Source of the DNA: Balanoglossus misakiensis
Lineage: Eukaryota > Animalia > Hemichordata
NCBI GenBank assembly: GCA_040954595.2
Contig: CM082589.2
Location: forward strand, 4,664,213-4,728,212
Reading direction: 5' to 3'
DNA: 64,000 nucleotides
Shown: piece by piece, positions 26,712 through 40,315 of the stretch
How the letters are laid out: each line of letters starts with the position of its first letter
Numbering within the stretch: position 1 is the stretch's first letter
Position numbers and translations under genes: made by a program
The notes under the pieces: model-generated
Seen by the model: the letters and a program-made list of their open reading frames with translations, nothing else
The model's database searches: none
What the model was told of the DNA's origin: nothing

Positions 26712-26769
26712 GTGGCTTATCACGAAACAACATAACATAATCCACTTTTATCTTTCCTGTAGAACAAGT

Positions 26770-28284
26770 ATGGATAAAACAGGTACTCCGCTTCGATATC
26801 TCTGCATCGACAGAAAGGGAAAATTATCCTTGCTGCCTCATTTTCTACTACTCGGTTGCGTATGTCTGGTTATCATGTTCTATCTATCAACATTTACGGT
26901 AAATGTACTGAAGGATACTCAGGGGTCGAAAACCAAGCAAAATCGTCCAGAGAAAAGCACCAAGGAGGAACACAAGGTTTCGCCAAATCTACTCTCTACT
27001 CTGCAGGCAATAGTAGAACGGTCACGTAAGCAAAACTTCACGTTAGTGATAGAGGAACTAGAGTCCAGATTGGACGGGAATCACCTAAGTCGAGCTCTGC
27101 CGAAAGAAACCACCTTACCAAGACTGGAGGCTGCGTTAAAAGGCGCCATACTCCAACAGAAGGTTCTGACAATCGGAATCAGCGGCGGTTCAGTCTCGTC
27201 CGCCAAATGCGTAGGCCCCGAGAATTTATACGCTGAAAAGCTCAGAAGCAACCTGCAAGAAGTCCTTGGCACGCCCGTTATTCTTCAAAACGGTGCGCTC
27301 GGCGCCAGTGGCAGCAAGTTTCACACTTACTGCGTCGGCAATTTCTTAAATCTGACTGACTTAGATGTTCTTCTTTGGGAATGCAGCGTGAATGATGATG
27401 AACGAGATTGCTCTCCGCAGGAAGAGTTCACGAGAAAGGTTCTAAGTGTTAAAGATGGACCACAGCTAATATATGTGAATTTCGTCTTCGGTATGAAGGA
27501 CCGGATATGTCACAGTACGGAAACGAAATGCAGCAAACCCTTGAGTGAGTATTACAACGTGCCATCTCTGAACATGAATGATTCCCTTTGTGATCTCATC
27601 AAGCGGAGGAAAGCTGACTACTTAGCAAGTCCGGTTGACAACAATCATCCTAGTCTAAAATACCACAGCATTGTTGGAGATCTTCTCACCCGGATGTTTA
27701 ACAAAGTTCTCATGACAGTCGTTGATCGATTCGAAGAAGAAACGCGAGATGCCAACTCTTTGGGTACATCAGCAATCGAAATGGAAGAACTGGATTCACC
27801 GACAGGTGGCTATGTGCTCCCTCCGCCGCTGCTGAACAACACGAACGTCACTCATACTCAGTGCTGGTCTGTAGCGCGTGCAGAAACTGGTAGCAAGCAC
27901 CCTCTCATTCCAATCGCGAACGAAAGCTGGCAAATAAATTCCTCGCCTAATAATTTGAACGGGCGAGTCGACGCTAAGCAATACTGGGAACCCACGGAAC
28001 CGAACAGCACAATAACATTTGAAGTAACTATCAAGCCATACAAGAATAAAAAGGCCCATATTTTGCTTGCTACGTTGGACTGCGCCGATTGTGGACCAGT
28101 TTCGGCATGGCTTGATGGTGACGTCTCCCAAGCCACCGAAGTCACAACTGCTTTTAAATGGGGTTTCTGCCATGTGCATGTCATAAGGAATGATGTCCAT
28201 CCGGGAAAACATACAATTACTTTGCAGAATCTGGCTAGTAAAGTTCAAATAGTGGCTATTCTTTCCGGGTATTACACGAAGTAG
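26770..28284 (+). CDS. Type II membrane SGNH/GDSL-fold protein, copy 3 (504 aa)
   Basis: Same acceptor context as copy 2 (TTTCCTGTAG|AACAAGTATG). TM anchor; motifs GGSVS, NGALGASGS, WECSVND and DNNHP. Confidence 0.85.
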   Translation: MDKTGTPLRYLCIDRKGKLSLLPHFLLLGCVCLVIMFYLSTFTVNVLKDTQGSKTKQNRPEKSTKEEHKVSPNLLSTLQAIVERSRKQNFTLVIEELESRLDGNHLSRALPKETTLPRLEAALKGAILQQKVLTIGISGGSVSSAKCVGPENLYAEKLRSNLQEVLGTPVILQNGALGASGSKFHTYCVGNFLNLTDLDVLLWECSVNDDERDCSPQEEFTRKVLSVKDGPQLIYVNFVFGMKDRICHSTETKCSKPLSEYYNVPSLNMNDSLCDLIKRRKADYLASPVDNNHPSLKYHSIVGDLLTRMFNKVLMTVVDRFEEETRDANSLGTSAIEMEELDSPTGGYVLPPPLLNNTNVTHTQCWSVARAETGSKHPLIPIANESWQINSSPNNLNGRVDAKQYWEPTEPNSTITFEVTIKPYKNKKAHILLATLDCADCGPVSAWLDGDVSQATEVTTAFKWGFCHVHVIRNDVHPGKHTITLQNLASKVQIVAILSGYYTK

Positions 28285-30918
28285 ATCTACACGTACTTGA
28301 AATATAGCAAATGGAAAATTGCCGCATGACGTGTGTTGAACTGCTTATATCATTTATTTGTAAACACCTTGGCTAGCTCGGTAACTTGTTACTGAACTAA
28401 AATTCCCCTTCCACTGTATTTAATCAAAGCGAGGTTATGACCTCACGTTTGACCCCATTACTTGCAAGTATGGCGTCAGGAGTAAACCACCCCTTGACAT
28501 TTTAACTTGACAAAAGTAACGCAAACTTTCGGTTAGACCTGGATGAATGTTTGATGCAAATTAGAAAAATTAAAATAAAATGCTCTCTGTGCGTTTATTT
28601 GGTTCTTGTTAGTCAGGGTCGTAATTTTACGTATCCGCGACGCAAAGCATGTACATGTACTTCTATGAAAGCATGACAACATGGGTAATAAAGCCAGTTT
28701 ACAATGGAAATGAAATATCAATGCGCTAGACAGAATAAAATAGTTCGTTGAAATTCTCGTTTTATTTTGTATTTTTCCTGTGAAATCCTCCGCATACGCA
28801 TATGGAAAATCGGTTATAACCCGACATCATCTCTTTGTTGGACAGTATTTACCGTTTGTGTGGTTGTGGGCGGCATCAAACTCGTCTGTCTGTGACTTGC
28901 GTGATGCGGCTCACAGACACACTAAGTCTTGCAGCAATATGTAACAACCAAGAGGCGATATCTGGCAATCAACTCATAATATATATGGGCATTTCTGGAA
29001 TCGGTATTCACAAAAATACACGAGGGGAATCAAATAAAGGAAAGGGTTAACAACAGCATTGGTAACTCGACATGTCAGCACAACCTCGCTGCAGCCTACT
29101 TATTGAGCGAGCCGGAAACCACACAAAAGAGGCTATTCCGGATGAGGGTTTACCGCCGATACCAGCACCTTTCCATGATGGAAGGTTTGGAAATAGAAAC
29201 TCCATCATAAATTATACTGCATGTATTGTTACGTGCATTTTCCCGACAATATATACCGATGCGATCGGGTGTCAAGCTGTCCGGTTCACATTTACCGATT
29301 TTTATTGAACCAATGTCACTCAGGCTTGGGGCAGAGGTTTCCATGGGGCGTGGGCAGGTCTCATTTTCAGCACCTTGTCAAGATAGGTCTCTAAGCCGGA
29401 GAAATATGTCGTTTTTCAAAATTCGGAACAGTTTAAAAAGTGATTTCAACAGTAAAATCTTCCCCTAGAATATTTCCGTCCTTGGTTTTTGCCTTCTTTG
29501 TTGTCGAAGGTGATTATTGGTGAAAGTTGTTCATTTTATTTTAGAAATGACTCATGTATTTTCACCAAAATAGTTGCCATTGTCAATATTATTATAAATG
29601 TGTATTGATTTCACACATTCAAGCGTACACATTATTGTATCTTCACAACAATGTCGAAAGTATAAGTTATGCACTGAAGTTAACACCGAAACTACATGCA
29701 TCTATAAACCTTCATTTTAATTCTAAATTTATATAAAATAACGTTGGTATATGTGTGAAAACAACTGTTACAGTACTTGACGTGCAAAACCAGAAACGGC
29801 GGGCCCTAAATTCATTGTGATAAAATTCGCGCCATTAATGTCCATTGTATGTTGTAAAACATCAATCAAATAAGGCTAAAACTGGTGTACACGTCTCATG
29901 AATACTCAACCACCATGTGCACGTCGGTATCTCAAATTATGATCATACAATATTTATACAGTGCGTTCATCGCGTTGACCTGAAGAAACATATTCCACTT
30001 TCATATCCTTGGGTCTTTCAGGACAGCGCTTTTGAATTCTCTTGGTTAAATACATGCCACTAATTCTCAATGAATTTTAAAATATTTTAATCAGAAAGTA
30101 ATAAAACGGGTATCTCATGAATAAGCAAACACTATTGTTAATTTACGCATACTTCATATTTTTCATCCCTTGTTATGACGCAACAACTAAATTGTATGTT
30201 GGTCGAGCTGACCTGAGCAATTTGCCAAAATTTATTATACTCTCACGTCGGCGGTGTCTATCGGGACAACGCAATATATTTTGTATTGATTAACACATAT
30301 GTAAATTGTCTGACGGACCCACTGTTCGTCACGGGTCGCGATCTATTTTAATCTTAAAGCACCATATGCGGAACGAGCGGGAAATATCTTGTTTCCATTC
30401 AAACGCCTCCTGTCCTCGCTGTTAACTTGGATCGCTTTCTTCGGGCACCCCAACGTTATCATTGGTGGCCAGACATAACTTCAGCGTTCAAGTTACATGT
30501 AAGTAGCTGCACATTCATATTTAGCGGTATCAGTTTTGAAGACGTTGATTTCGGATGGTGGAATTATGGGAGAAGTGTGGTGGAATGAAACAAGCATACC
30601 ACAAAATCTCCTGGGACCGATGAGGGTATTTGAAACTCCGCAGCAGCAAGTTTTTGGGCAAAACGTTAGACTCTCTGACAGCCCACGGTCTAGCAAAATG
30701 CATGGACAAGGAGACTACAGTCATTAGACGTGTATTTAATACCATATATTATTTTAAATTCAACATGATATTTGAGGTGTCAGTAACTGACTAGCATTTT
30801 TATTATTAATTTATCATAGTTGATGTTGCTGTCGTTTTTGTCGTCGTCGTCTTCATCATCATCATCATCATCGTCATCGTCAGCGTCACTATATACCCTT
30901 TATAGGCTTTATTCCAAT

Positions 30919-30996
<78 letters not shown>
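30919..30996. repeat. (GAT)n trinucleotide microsatellite, preceded by a (CAT/CGT)n tract at ~30839-30882
   Basis: Directly visible. It explains the poly-Ile ORF 30806-31015. Confidence 0.95.
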
Positions 30997-31502
30997 CGTC
31001 TCTCCAAAATTTCATACGATTTCATACATGTGACCTCTAATTATGAGGAGGGTAGCACTGGGTCATCTACGATGACGTCGTCTCGTTCATGATATCGATA
31101 TTTCACGTAGATTGTGTATAGAATCTCTAATGCTGCCAGCACTTTTAACAGAGGGAAATTTTGACCAAAGTGCTATAAATATACACTTTGAGAACATGTA
31201 TTCACACATATACAAGTAGAGTCAACATGTCATGTCATGACATGTCATTCTCTTGATGGGCCATATATTCACTATGGGACACATAAAGTAAGAACTCTAA
31301 CTTGTCATGTATAGATATAGGCCTATTGATTGGGTGTAAATATTACAATTGATTACATTTTATCCCAGAGTTGTTTTACTTTTATTAACACGATTGGAAT
31401 TATTTAGTGTTAATTCAATATTCAGAATGCCGTGACGTCACCATCTACTTCAACAGATCTGTATCTTTAACAACCCCAAGATACTGTTTACCAGCCTCAG
31501 AG

Positions 31503-33094
31503 ATGAACGGGGACGTTACTCAGGTTCACCTCGTGGTACTCGCCAACGATTCGACGCAGACCCCTCCGTCGATGGCGCCCGAGGATTTGTCAGAAGTGGA
31601 TTCGGCAGAAGAAGACTTGCACCTGCAGCACCTGCAGCAGCGATTCGACAAAACGCTGTTCACGGTGGTGGTGGTCTTCATCATGTTGAGCATGGGCTGC
31701 GTGGCCGAGCTGTCGCAGCTGTGGGCCAACATCCGACGACCCTGGTGGCTCATCATTGCACTGGCCAGCCAGTTTGTCATCAAGCCCCTGGCCGGTCTCA
31801 TCTTCATCGTCGCCATGAGGCTGCCCCCTCTCTACGCCATCGGAACCATCGTGGTGGCGTCCTGTCCGGGCGCTGCATACGCAAACAACTTCAGTTACTT
31901 GACATTCAGTGACGTGTCTCTCAGGTGAGCGTGTGGGAAAAATACTTTATATACGTCGTGGAGGGCAACATAGAAAACATAAAATGCGTCATCATAAATC
32001 GATATTTAAATTTCCGTGCATGTATTCATATGTGCTATATTGTCCTTTATTTAGTGTTGTTAATTATGATTCTAAGCACTTGAGTTAACATCCTATAACA
32101 GTGTTTCGGAGATGGGTGAGGAATACTTTAACCCATTCTCTCTTTATTCAGTATATGTTTGACCCTGTGCTCGTCGCTCTTGGCAATTGGTGGCGTGCCC
32201 TCAACGACAGCTTTATACAGTCGCGTTTTCATGGACGATGGCGGAGCGATACTGGTGTCATATTGGACCATGTGCGTGTCCTTCATGAAGATTTCCGTGC
32301 CCGCTGTAACAGGGGTGCTAATTCGCTGGAGGTTTCCGCGCCTCGCGGCCATCATTGAGAAGGTGTGGGATCATTTTGCCTCATATTCTCTTCAATCATG
32401 ACTTTTGAACATAGACAGCAGACGAGAGACTCCTTTTTGTGCCTGGTGCCGGTGGAGGCGCATTCTTCTAATGATGTGTCGTGTTCCCAGCTTAAAGAAT
32501 TACTGCCATTCAATTTATTTTTACAATATTTGTTGACTATTGCATTTTTCTTTCGACTAACAGAGCAGCTGCGTAGTTCCCATGGGATTATTGACGTGGA
32601 TAATCCAAAAATGTGTCTTCGCCCGGGAAATATTTAGGTCACCTTGGCAAGTCTACGTCATCGGCGCGGTTCTGCCCATTTTCTCGTCCGCTGTGGGATT
32701 TGCTCTGTCAACGCTCTTCAGTCTACAGCCGGACAAGCGTCGAGCAGTTACCATAGAAACCGGGTGTCAAAATATCGGTCTTGCAGCAACTGTCATCGAG
32801 GTCTCCTACGAGGGTTCTCCGCAAGTGTACAAGATGCAGGCAGTTCCCCTCTTTTACGGCCTCTTCCTCTTCGCCTACGTCATCATGATCGTGCCGGCGT
32901 ACAGGGTCCAGCACTGGGGAACAAAGGAGGGCAAAGAGAAGGACGACGAATCGGCACTGTTCGACGGTGACGACGACAAAGCCGCGGGGACCATTTTGGA
33001 CAGTGACTCCGGCACGTACGGGAGCGTGGAAAAGATCCTGCGCAGTCCCAACCTGCTGCCGCGTGCCGATTCCGGGCAGCCCGAGTCGCGGTAA
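31503..33094 (+). CDS. SLC10 (sodium/bile acid symporter, ASBT/NTCP-like) copy 1, 387 aa
   Basis: Exons 31503-31924, 32152-32362 and 32564-33094 join in frame (1164 nt). Motifs MLSMGC, ASQF, CPGAAYANNF, DVSLSICLT and RRAVTIETGCQNIGLA. Confidence 0.9.
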
Positions 33095-35384
33095 AATGGC
33101 GTCCGCGCTGCAGTGCCACGTGCCATCAGCGGTGGCGCTAGTCACTCTTTAACACTAGTATATGTACCAGCCAAACCAAGGCATATGCAAAAGGTAGTAC
33201 ATGTACTTACTACAGTAAGTGGCCGGAAGCGACTGTTATTAAATTGCCTTTAATTAAATTGATCGCTATAGGTGGCGCTTGCCATGCAAGGCATTAGCCC
33301 TGAAAGTATGGGTACCAAAACAACTGACTGCAAAAACTTCTATTTGCAACCTGTACCAAAGCTCCCGCTCTTCCCTGTAATGCCCTTGACCTTGGGACAT
33401 TTTAGTATAGACACTTTTGAGTCCGTGTGTACAGAGATTCACTTAAAATATATCAGGTACAGACTTTACATATAACGATTTCCCACCACTCGAAGAAATA
33501 ATTGATTGGATGAAATTACTATTATTTACGACATGGCGCTACCTTTGAGTTCCTTTGCCAAACAAAATGTACTTTGGCAAAGTTGGATGATAAACACTCA
33601 CCACAGTACTCTTGATATAAACTAAAGCAACTAGACTTTCTGAAAGTATCTGCGAACTGACCTTGGAAGCAGCCATCTTGTTTTATGGGTTCTGATCACT
33701 TGCTAGTCAGGTGTCTGTCCTCATTTTTTAACTATTCAGTCAAATTTCTGACTAAAACGGTGGCGGACATTAGTACCTGGCCCTTTATTTGTAGCACAGC
33801 ACATACCGCTGTAGAAATGGCACAGGGACCAAGGCTATAACACCTGTTAGTGTTTGACGTGTGCAGTCACACTCGGCCAATAAAGTCAATGCAATACATT
33901 GTCATAAACCACGCCTCTTTTTACGGCAGCTGCTTCATGCCGCCCATTTACCGAGAAAGGCCTGAGTTTATTTGGCAGACTTTTGTGGAAGCGTGGGGTG
34001 GGTTGATTTTCAGCAGAAATGGAACGGAGAGCGTCTCATAGTATGTAATGAATGCTAATGATAACGGTTTCCCGTTATGATGACAATGTACCAGTAGACA
34101 CGCACTGTACTGAAGGCACTCTCGATTCGACAATATGTTGAAATTAAAAATAGAATTTGTGTTGGCGGCCTTACAGCCTTACATGCCAATTTAAATGTTT
34201 AAGCACAGAACATGCACCAACAATATCTTTAGTCTAAAATTAGAAACTACATCTGCAATTACGAGCGACGCAATCCGCATAATATATTGTGTTAACTGAC
34301 CACAGCACGGGTTCTTTCGAGCAAAGTCAGTTGGATATCAACTAGGATTGAAGTCAAAACAAGAATCGTCCTGGCTATAATGATATGGCGCATGCGCACG
34401 CATTTCGTATGCCAGTGAAATTAAAATCGTACCACACGTGCCTGTACACCACCAGGTCGAGCGTGTTTATGCAAATCGAAGTCACACCCGGATGCACCAA
34501 CAGTGTGATCAGACTGTGCCTCAGTGCTGTGTGTCGGAGTGCCTGTTATTTGACATGTTCTGAAGAAGAATACGTCCATTATTATTCTGCACATAGAATT
34601 CTCTGTGTGTAAAGTAAGTACAATGTACAGTGTAGCCTTCCTCGAAAACGTTACCCTCTGCTGTTATAGTTAACACTTTCACGTCACCTAATTATAGATC
34701 GAGTTGTCCGACAGCTGGTTTGGACCACAATTTCAGTCGGTGCGCTAACTCTTTGACCGAGCGAGCTGTTGAGCCTGTCGTTCACTATTGACAAATCTCT
34801 GACATTGTGTCTATACACGGTGACGTAATCGCACTAATGTCGCTGAAGGAATCTCACTCGGATAAAAAGACACCCAACATTAATTACTGTAGTGTGTACC
34901 ACAGGCAGTTTTCGTGGTTTATTTTAATAATGTCATTTTATCACTGTACCCTTTCTTTTTATAAAATACAACGGTATGATATCAAAATGGCACGATTCGT
35001 GAAACGTCGACAGTGCTGTCAACAAAACTATAAAGTTAAATTTGGAGTCGACATGTTCGCTCGTGTCTTACGTAATGCGCATTATTGAAAGTCCCGAATG
35101 AATAGCACGTTGCTTAGTTCCATTTTGAATCACAGTCCTACGTTGGAATTTATGCAGACAGTTACCCACGCCTTTCTTTGTTTCCAACAATTCCGTTTCA
35201 GTGTCGGGTTTGTCATTTTGACGAGATGAAATGGTTTCGACGGAGAGAATTCGAGAAATAAGCTTACAGGCAGCATATTAATAACATCTCTTCTATTTCT
35301 TAGTACATGTACAGTGAGTTGTCGACTTTTTTTACCCACAATGCAATTATTATAATACGATTTGACCCCCTAGCACGCAAGAAG

Positions 35385-37171
35385 ATGGCAAGTGTGTCCG
35401 AAATGGTGGGAAATGCCACGCACATTGTTCTGGCTACAAGTGTGGTGCCTGAGAACGGCACAGTTGGTGAATCAATCGCCACCGTGACAGCGGAGTCGTC
35501 GTCAAAGACGGCGGAATTCCAAGAACAGCTCGAAAAGATACTGATCGTAGTCGTCATACTTGACATCATGCTGGGCATGGGCTGCGTGACGGAAGTGTCC
35601 CAGTTGCTGGAGAACCTCCGGCGACCCTGCAGCATCGTCATCGCTCTCCTCACCCAGTTCATTCTGATGCCGCTGGTGGCGTTCATCTTCATCGTCGTCA
35701 TGAAGGTGTCGTCTCTCTACGCGATCGGAACCATCTTGATAGCAAGCTGTCCCGGCGGGGCCTTCTCCAACACCTTCAGCTATTTAAGTTTTGGTGATGT
35801 CTCCCTAAGGTGAGTGGCTGGAGAACATGATTACGTCACGGGAATATTTTTTTTGTCAGGTCTATTTGTTGTCATCATTGTCGTCCACACATTTCCAAGG
35901 AAGACAGAATAAAACACACATGCACACAAATTGAATAACTTTTCTTTTTTTCAGCATATGCTTGACCATGTGCTCATCTGTCGCCGCCTTGGGAGGTCTG
36001 CCCCTGTCGATAGCTCTGTACAGCCACGCCTGGGTTGACCAGGGAGATGCTCTCACGGTGCCGTTCAGGGAAATTACGACTACCCTGGCAGTGATCTTGA
36101 TACCAACTGCTTTAGGCATGCTCATTCGATGGAAGTTTCCACGCGCCGCAGCTGTGATTGAGAAGGTAGGGACACGTGCACTTACAGCCAAAATATAGCT
36201 GATTTTCAGCTCGTTTCGAGATATCGCGAGACTTGGTTAATAACTGTCAAATGAGTACACAAAATAAATATCGTGTTTGACTCGGAAACCGAAATTTGAC
36301 GCACAGGCCATATTTATATGAAACGCACACTGTATAAATTTTGGTCAGCTAATGTCTAAACGAAAACTAAATTTTCATCCGTTTGAGCACAATTTGTTTG
36401 TGTTCAGTCTCTAAATAAGTCGACAGCTGTTTCAGATGTTTTTCGAAACCACGATGGTAAATGTACTGGCACAGTTTATAATTAAGAATGGCATGATTAT
36501 TTTTAAATTATATTACCCTGGATATCAACAAGCACAGACGTATATTAAGAAACTGGGTGTGCTACATCAACTAAATATGGATACGATAGGTTTACAACAA
36601 AATATTTAATGCCTTTCTTTCTTTGTTTCAACAGGTTGCCTGTGTTACAGGTGCACTTGGATTGGTTGCTTGGGTTGTCCAGAAATGTGTCATATCTTCG
36701 GAAATATTTATGGCGCCCTGGCAGGCGTACGTTCTGGGGGCAGTTCTGCCGGTCATTTCATTTTCCATCGGGTTTGTCCTGTCGACATTCTTCCGTCTGC
36801 AAGAGGACAGACGACGGTCTGTCGCCATAGAAACAGGCTGCCAAAACATCGGGTTGGCTCTGGCTGTTATAGCGCTGTCCTACGAAGGCTTCCCCAACCG
36901 CTACAAAATACAAACTGTCCCGCTTTTATACGGTCTATTTTTGTTAGTGTACGCATCTGTGGGGATCACGGTTTACAGGTGCGTTCTGTCGAAACGGAAA
37001 GGCGATGAGGGCGAAGGCGATGACGGAGACAAGTTAATCGAAGATGGCGACGACAATGACAATGTCAGAAATAGTTCTGAGAATCTTAAATATGGAAGTG
37101 TTGAAAATGACAAGCGTAGTCAAGTGGAGCTAGGTGCATTACCGAATGATGTTGGACCGGGTTCTGATTAG
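35385..37171 (+). CDS. SLC10 transporter copy 2, 390 aa
   Basis: Exons 35385-35809, 35955-36165 and 36635-37171 (1173 nt). Motifs MLGMGC, LTQF, CPGGAFSN and ETGCQNIGLA. Confidence 0.92.
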
Positions 37172-38636
37172 ATCTAGAAGTACAGATAGACAACACGCAT
37201 AGACGACTATTTTCTGATTTTTTTTTCGGTATTTGTGTGTCACATCACTTCTACTTGTATCCGAACCCGAATAAGGTCCTCAAATTACACTGATGCTGCA
37301 AATAAGGACATTTGCCATCAACCTGATCAACTGCGCTCACATTCACTGTTCCGAAATAATGTTTGGTTTTCCTAAAACGCACACCTCAAATTTACATTTT
37401 GTTGGGTGGATTGCTTTTAAATTTACTGATTCGATAATAAAGGTATATTAATAATGTCATCCGCCGATCTGTCGCATAGAGACAGGATGTTTGAACGTGG
37501 GACTGCTCTTGGCCACGAATAATGACAATACGTTGTTATGCAAATTAAAGTCACACCCCGGATGTGTTTCTGAACAACTGCAGGCCAACGACCAACAGTG
37601 TGATCAGACTGTGGTGGGACTTTACACGCTTGCTACACGGAGCGCCGGTGCTTTAACATGTTCTGAAGAAGACCACATCCATTTAGACATGGACCATAAG
37701 CATTGATTCGTCATTTATTCTCCACACAGAAATCTGTATAAAGTAAGTACAGTGTAGCCCTCCTCGAAAACTTTCAAAACTTTACCCCCTCATGTTATCA
37801 TTTAACTTTAACCACAGTTTCAGTCGGTGTGTACAACTCTTTGACCGAGCTATCGAAAGCAAATCCACTTTTGAACTACCGCAGCTGTCCGCTGGAGAGT
37901 AGCGGTGTTGTGATTGGTTGCCTATCGTGAGAAAATGCGTGGATAGCCAATCTCAACACCGGGAAGGTAGCTTGACAGTGGATTGGGCGTGTAAAGCGTA
38001 TTTCCTTCACAAATCGCCCCGAAATGGGCAAAGGGACATAAGGTATGAGCTTTAACTTTGAATGGGTAGTATCGGCGCTGATTTGTTGAGTAGATCTTTC
38101 CTTTGTGTGAGTGAAAACATCTGAACTTCAATGTGCGTGTGTCAACAATGGAGTTACTTTCAATGTTTCCTTCTGTTCTAAGTCATAGGAGCATTCGCCG
38201 CATAACAACTCCAAAGCGACTTTGTTACAGCGGTATAGTATCAAATGGGCACGATTCGTGAAACGTCGACTTTGCTGTCAACAAAACCATACAGTCAATT
38301 GGGAGTCGACATGTTTAGGCGTGCACGTGTCTTGCGTAATGCACATTATTGAAAGTCCAATATGAATATTATATCACATTGCTTTGTTCCGTTCAAAACC
38401 ATTTCATCTTTCAAAAGCTGAAATTGTTGTTGGGTCATACTGAAATGTTCAATCATAAAAAAGATAATCATATGTTAAATAGGCCTAAACTACAATAAAG
38501 GATTTTCGATGGAAAGAAGTTATGAAATACAGGTAGCATATCATCTCTTGAAAGTCTGATTTCAGTGAGTTGTCGACTTTTCTTACCCACAATGCAATTA
38601 TCATAATGTGATTTTGACCCCCTAGCACGTAAGAAG

Positions 38637-40315
38637 ATGGCAAGTCTGACCGAAATGGCAGGAAATGTCACACTCGCGACAGGAGTGGTGCCCGATAACA
38701 GCTCAGTTGCCGCGTCAAATGCCACGACGACGTCGTCGACGTCAAACATGGCGGAATTTCAAGTAAAGCTCCAAGCGATACTGATAACAATCGTCATAAT
38801 CAACATCATGCTGAGCATGGGCTGCGTGACGGAAGTGTCCCAGTTGCTGGAGAACCTCCGGCGGCCCTGCAGCATCATCATCGCTCTCCTCACCCAGTTC
38901 ATTCTGATGCCGTTGGTGGCGTTTGGTTTGGTCGTCGTCATGAAGGTGCCGTCTCTCTACGCGATCGGAGCCATCTTGATAGCAAGCTGTCCCGGCGGGG
39001 CCTTCTCCAACACCTTCAGCTATTTAAGTTTTGGTGATGTCTCTCTGAGGTGAGTGGCTGGAGAACAGATGATTATGTTGGGCGGCCACAATGTAGACTG
39101 AGAGATTCGGTTGTGCTCCGGCGCATTGTCTATGGCCTGGTAAAGGTTCCTTGGCAAAGCAAGGAAAGCGAAGGACGGCTTTATCTCAGTAATAAAGGCC
39201 GAAGGACATCTTTGTCTCAGTAACTAAGAAAGGTCATAATGCAGTCTAGCCAGAATGCAGGGGCATGACATTTTTAAAGTTCAAGTTTAGGTATAATTTT
39301 TTGGTTGAAGAGTGGCAAAAGATGCAACAAAAGGGGTTGTAAATCGTGTAGGCCACACATTTCCAAAGAAGACAGTAAAAACATCACTTTGAATAATTTC
39401 TTTTTCCAGCATATGTTTGACCACCAGCTCATCAGTCGTCGCACTGGGAGGGTTGCCTCTGTCGTTGGCTCTGTACAGCCACGTCTTGGGGGAAGAGGCA
39501 GGCACCCTCACGGTGCCGTACACGGAGATTGCGAAGACTCTGGCAATGGTCTTGGTACCAACTGCTTTGGGCATGCTCATTCGATGGAAGTTGCCACGCG
39601 TCGCAGCTGTGATTGAGAAGGTAAGGTCACACCTACACCAAAAATAGACTATATTAAACCCATTGCCAAATCTCGCGAGACTTAAATGTGCTGACGGGTT
39701 GCGTATGTGTGTGTCTGCGTGCGCGCTATTAGACTCGTTAACCAGATCAATCAGGTGTCTTAATTTTTTCCACAGGTTTCCGCTGTTATAGGTGCACTTG
39801 GATTTTGTACTGTGATGGTCCATAAATGGGTCCTATCTCCAGAAATGTTTATAGCGCCTTGGAAGGCGTACGTCCTGGGAGCAGTTCTGCCGGTCATTTC
39901 ATTTTCCATCGGATTTGTCCTGTCGACACTCTTCCGTCTACAAGCGGACAGACGACGGTCTGTTGCCATAGAAACAGGCTGTCCTAACATCGGATTGGCT
40001 TTGGCTGTTGTAGCACTATCATACGGAGGGGTCCCTGACCAGTACAAAATAGAAACTGTCTCGCTCTTTTACGGTCTGTTTATGTTGGTGTACGCATTTG
40101 TGGGGATCACGGTTTACAGGTGCGTTGTGTCGAAACGGAAAGGTGATGAGGGCGAAGGCGATGACGGAGACAAGTTAATCGAAGACGGCGACGACAATGA
40201 CAATGTCAGAAATAGTTCTGAGAATCGTAAATATGGAAGTGTTGAAAATGACAAGGGTACTAGTCAAGTGGAGATGGGTGCATTACCGAATGATGTTGGA
40301 CCAGGTTCTGAGTAG
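38637..40315 (+). CDS. SLC10 transporter copy 3, 387 aa
   Basis: Exons 38637-39049, 39410-39620 and 39776-40315 (1164 nt). Motifs MLSMGC, CPGGAFSN and ETGCPNIGLA. Confidence 0.9.

Noticed and set aside
30839-30996. Hairpin formed by the (CAT)n and (GAT)n tracts
   Set aside because: Low-complexity complementarity between microsatellites, with no sign of a structured RNA.
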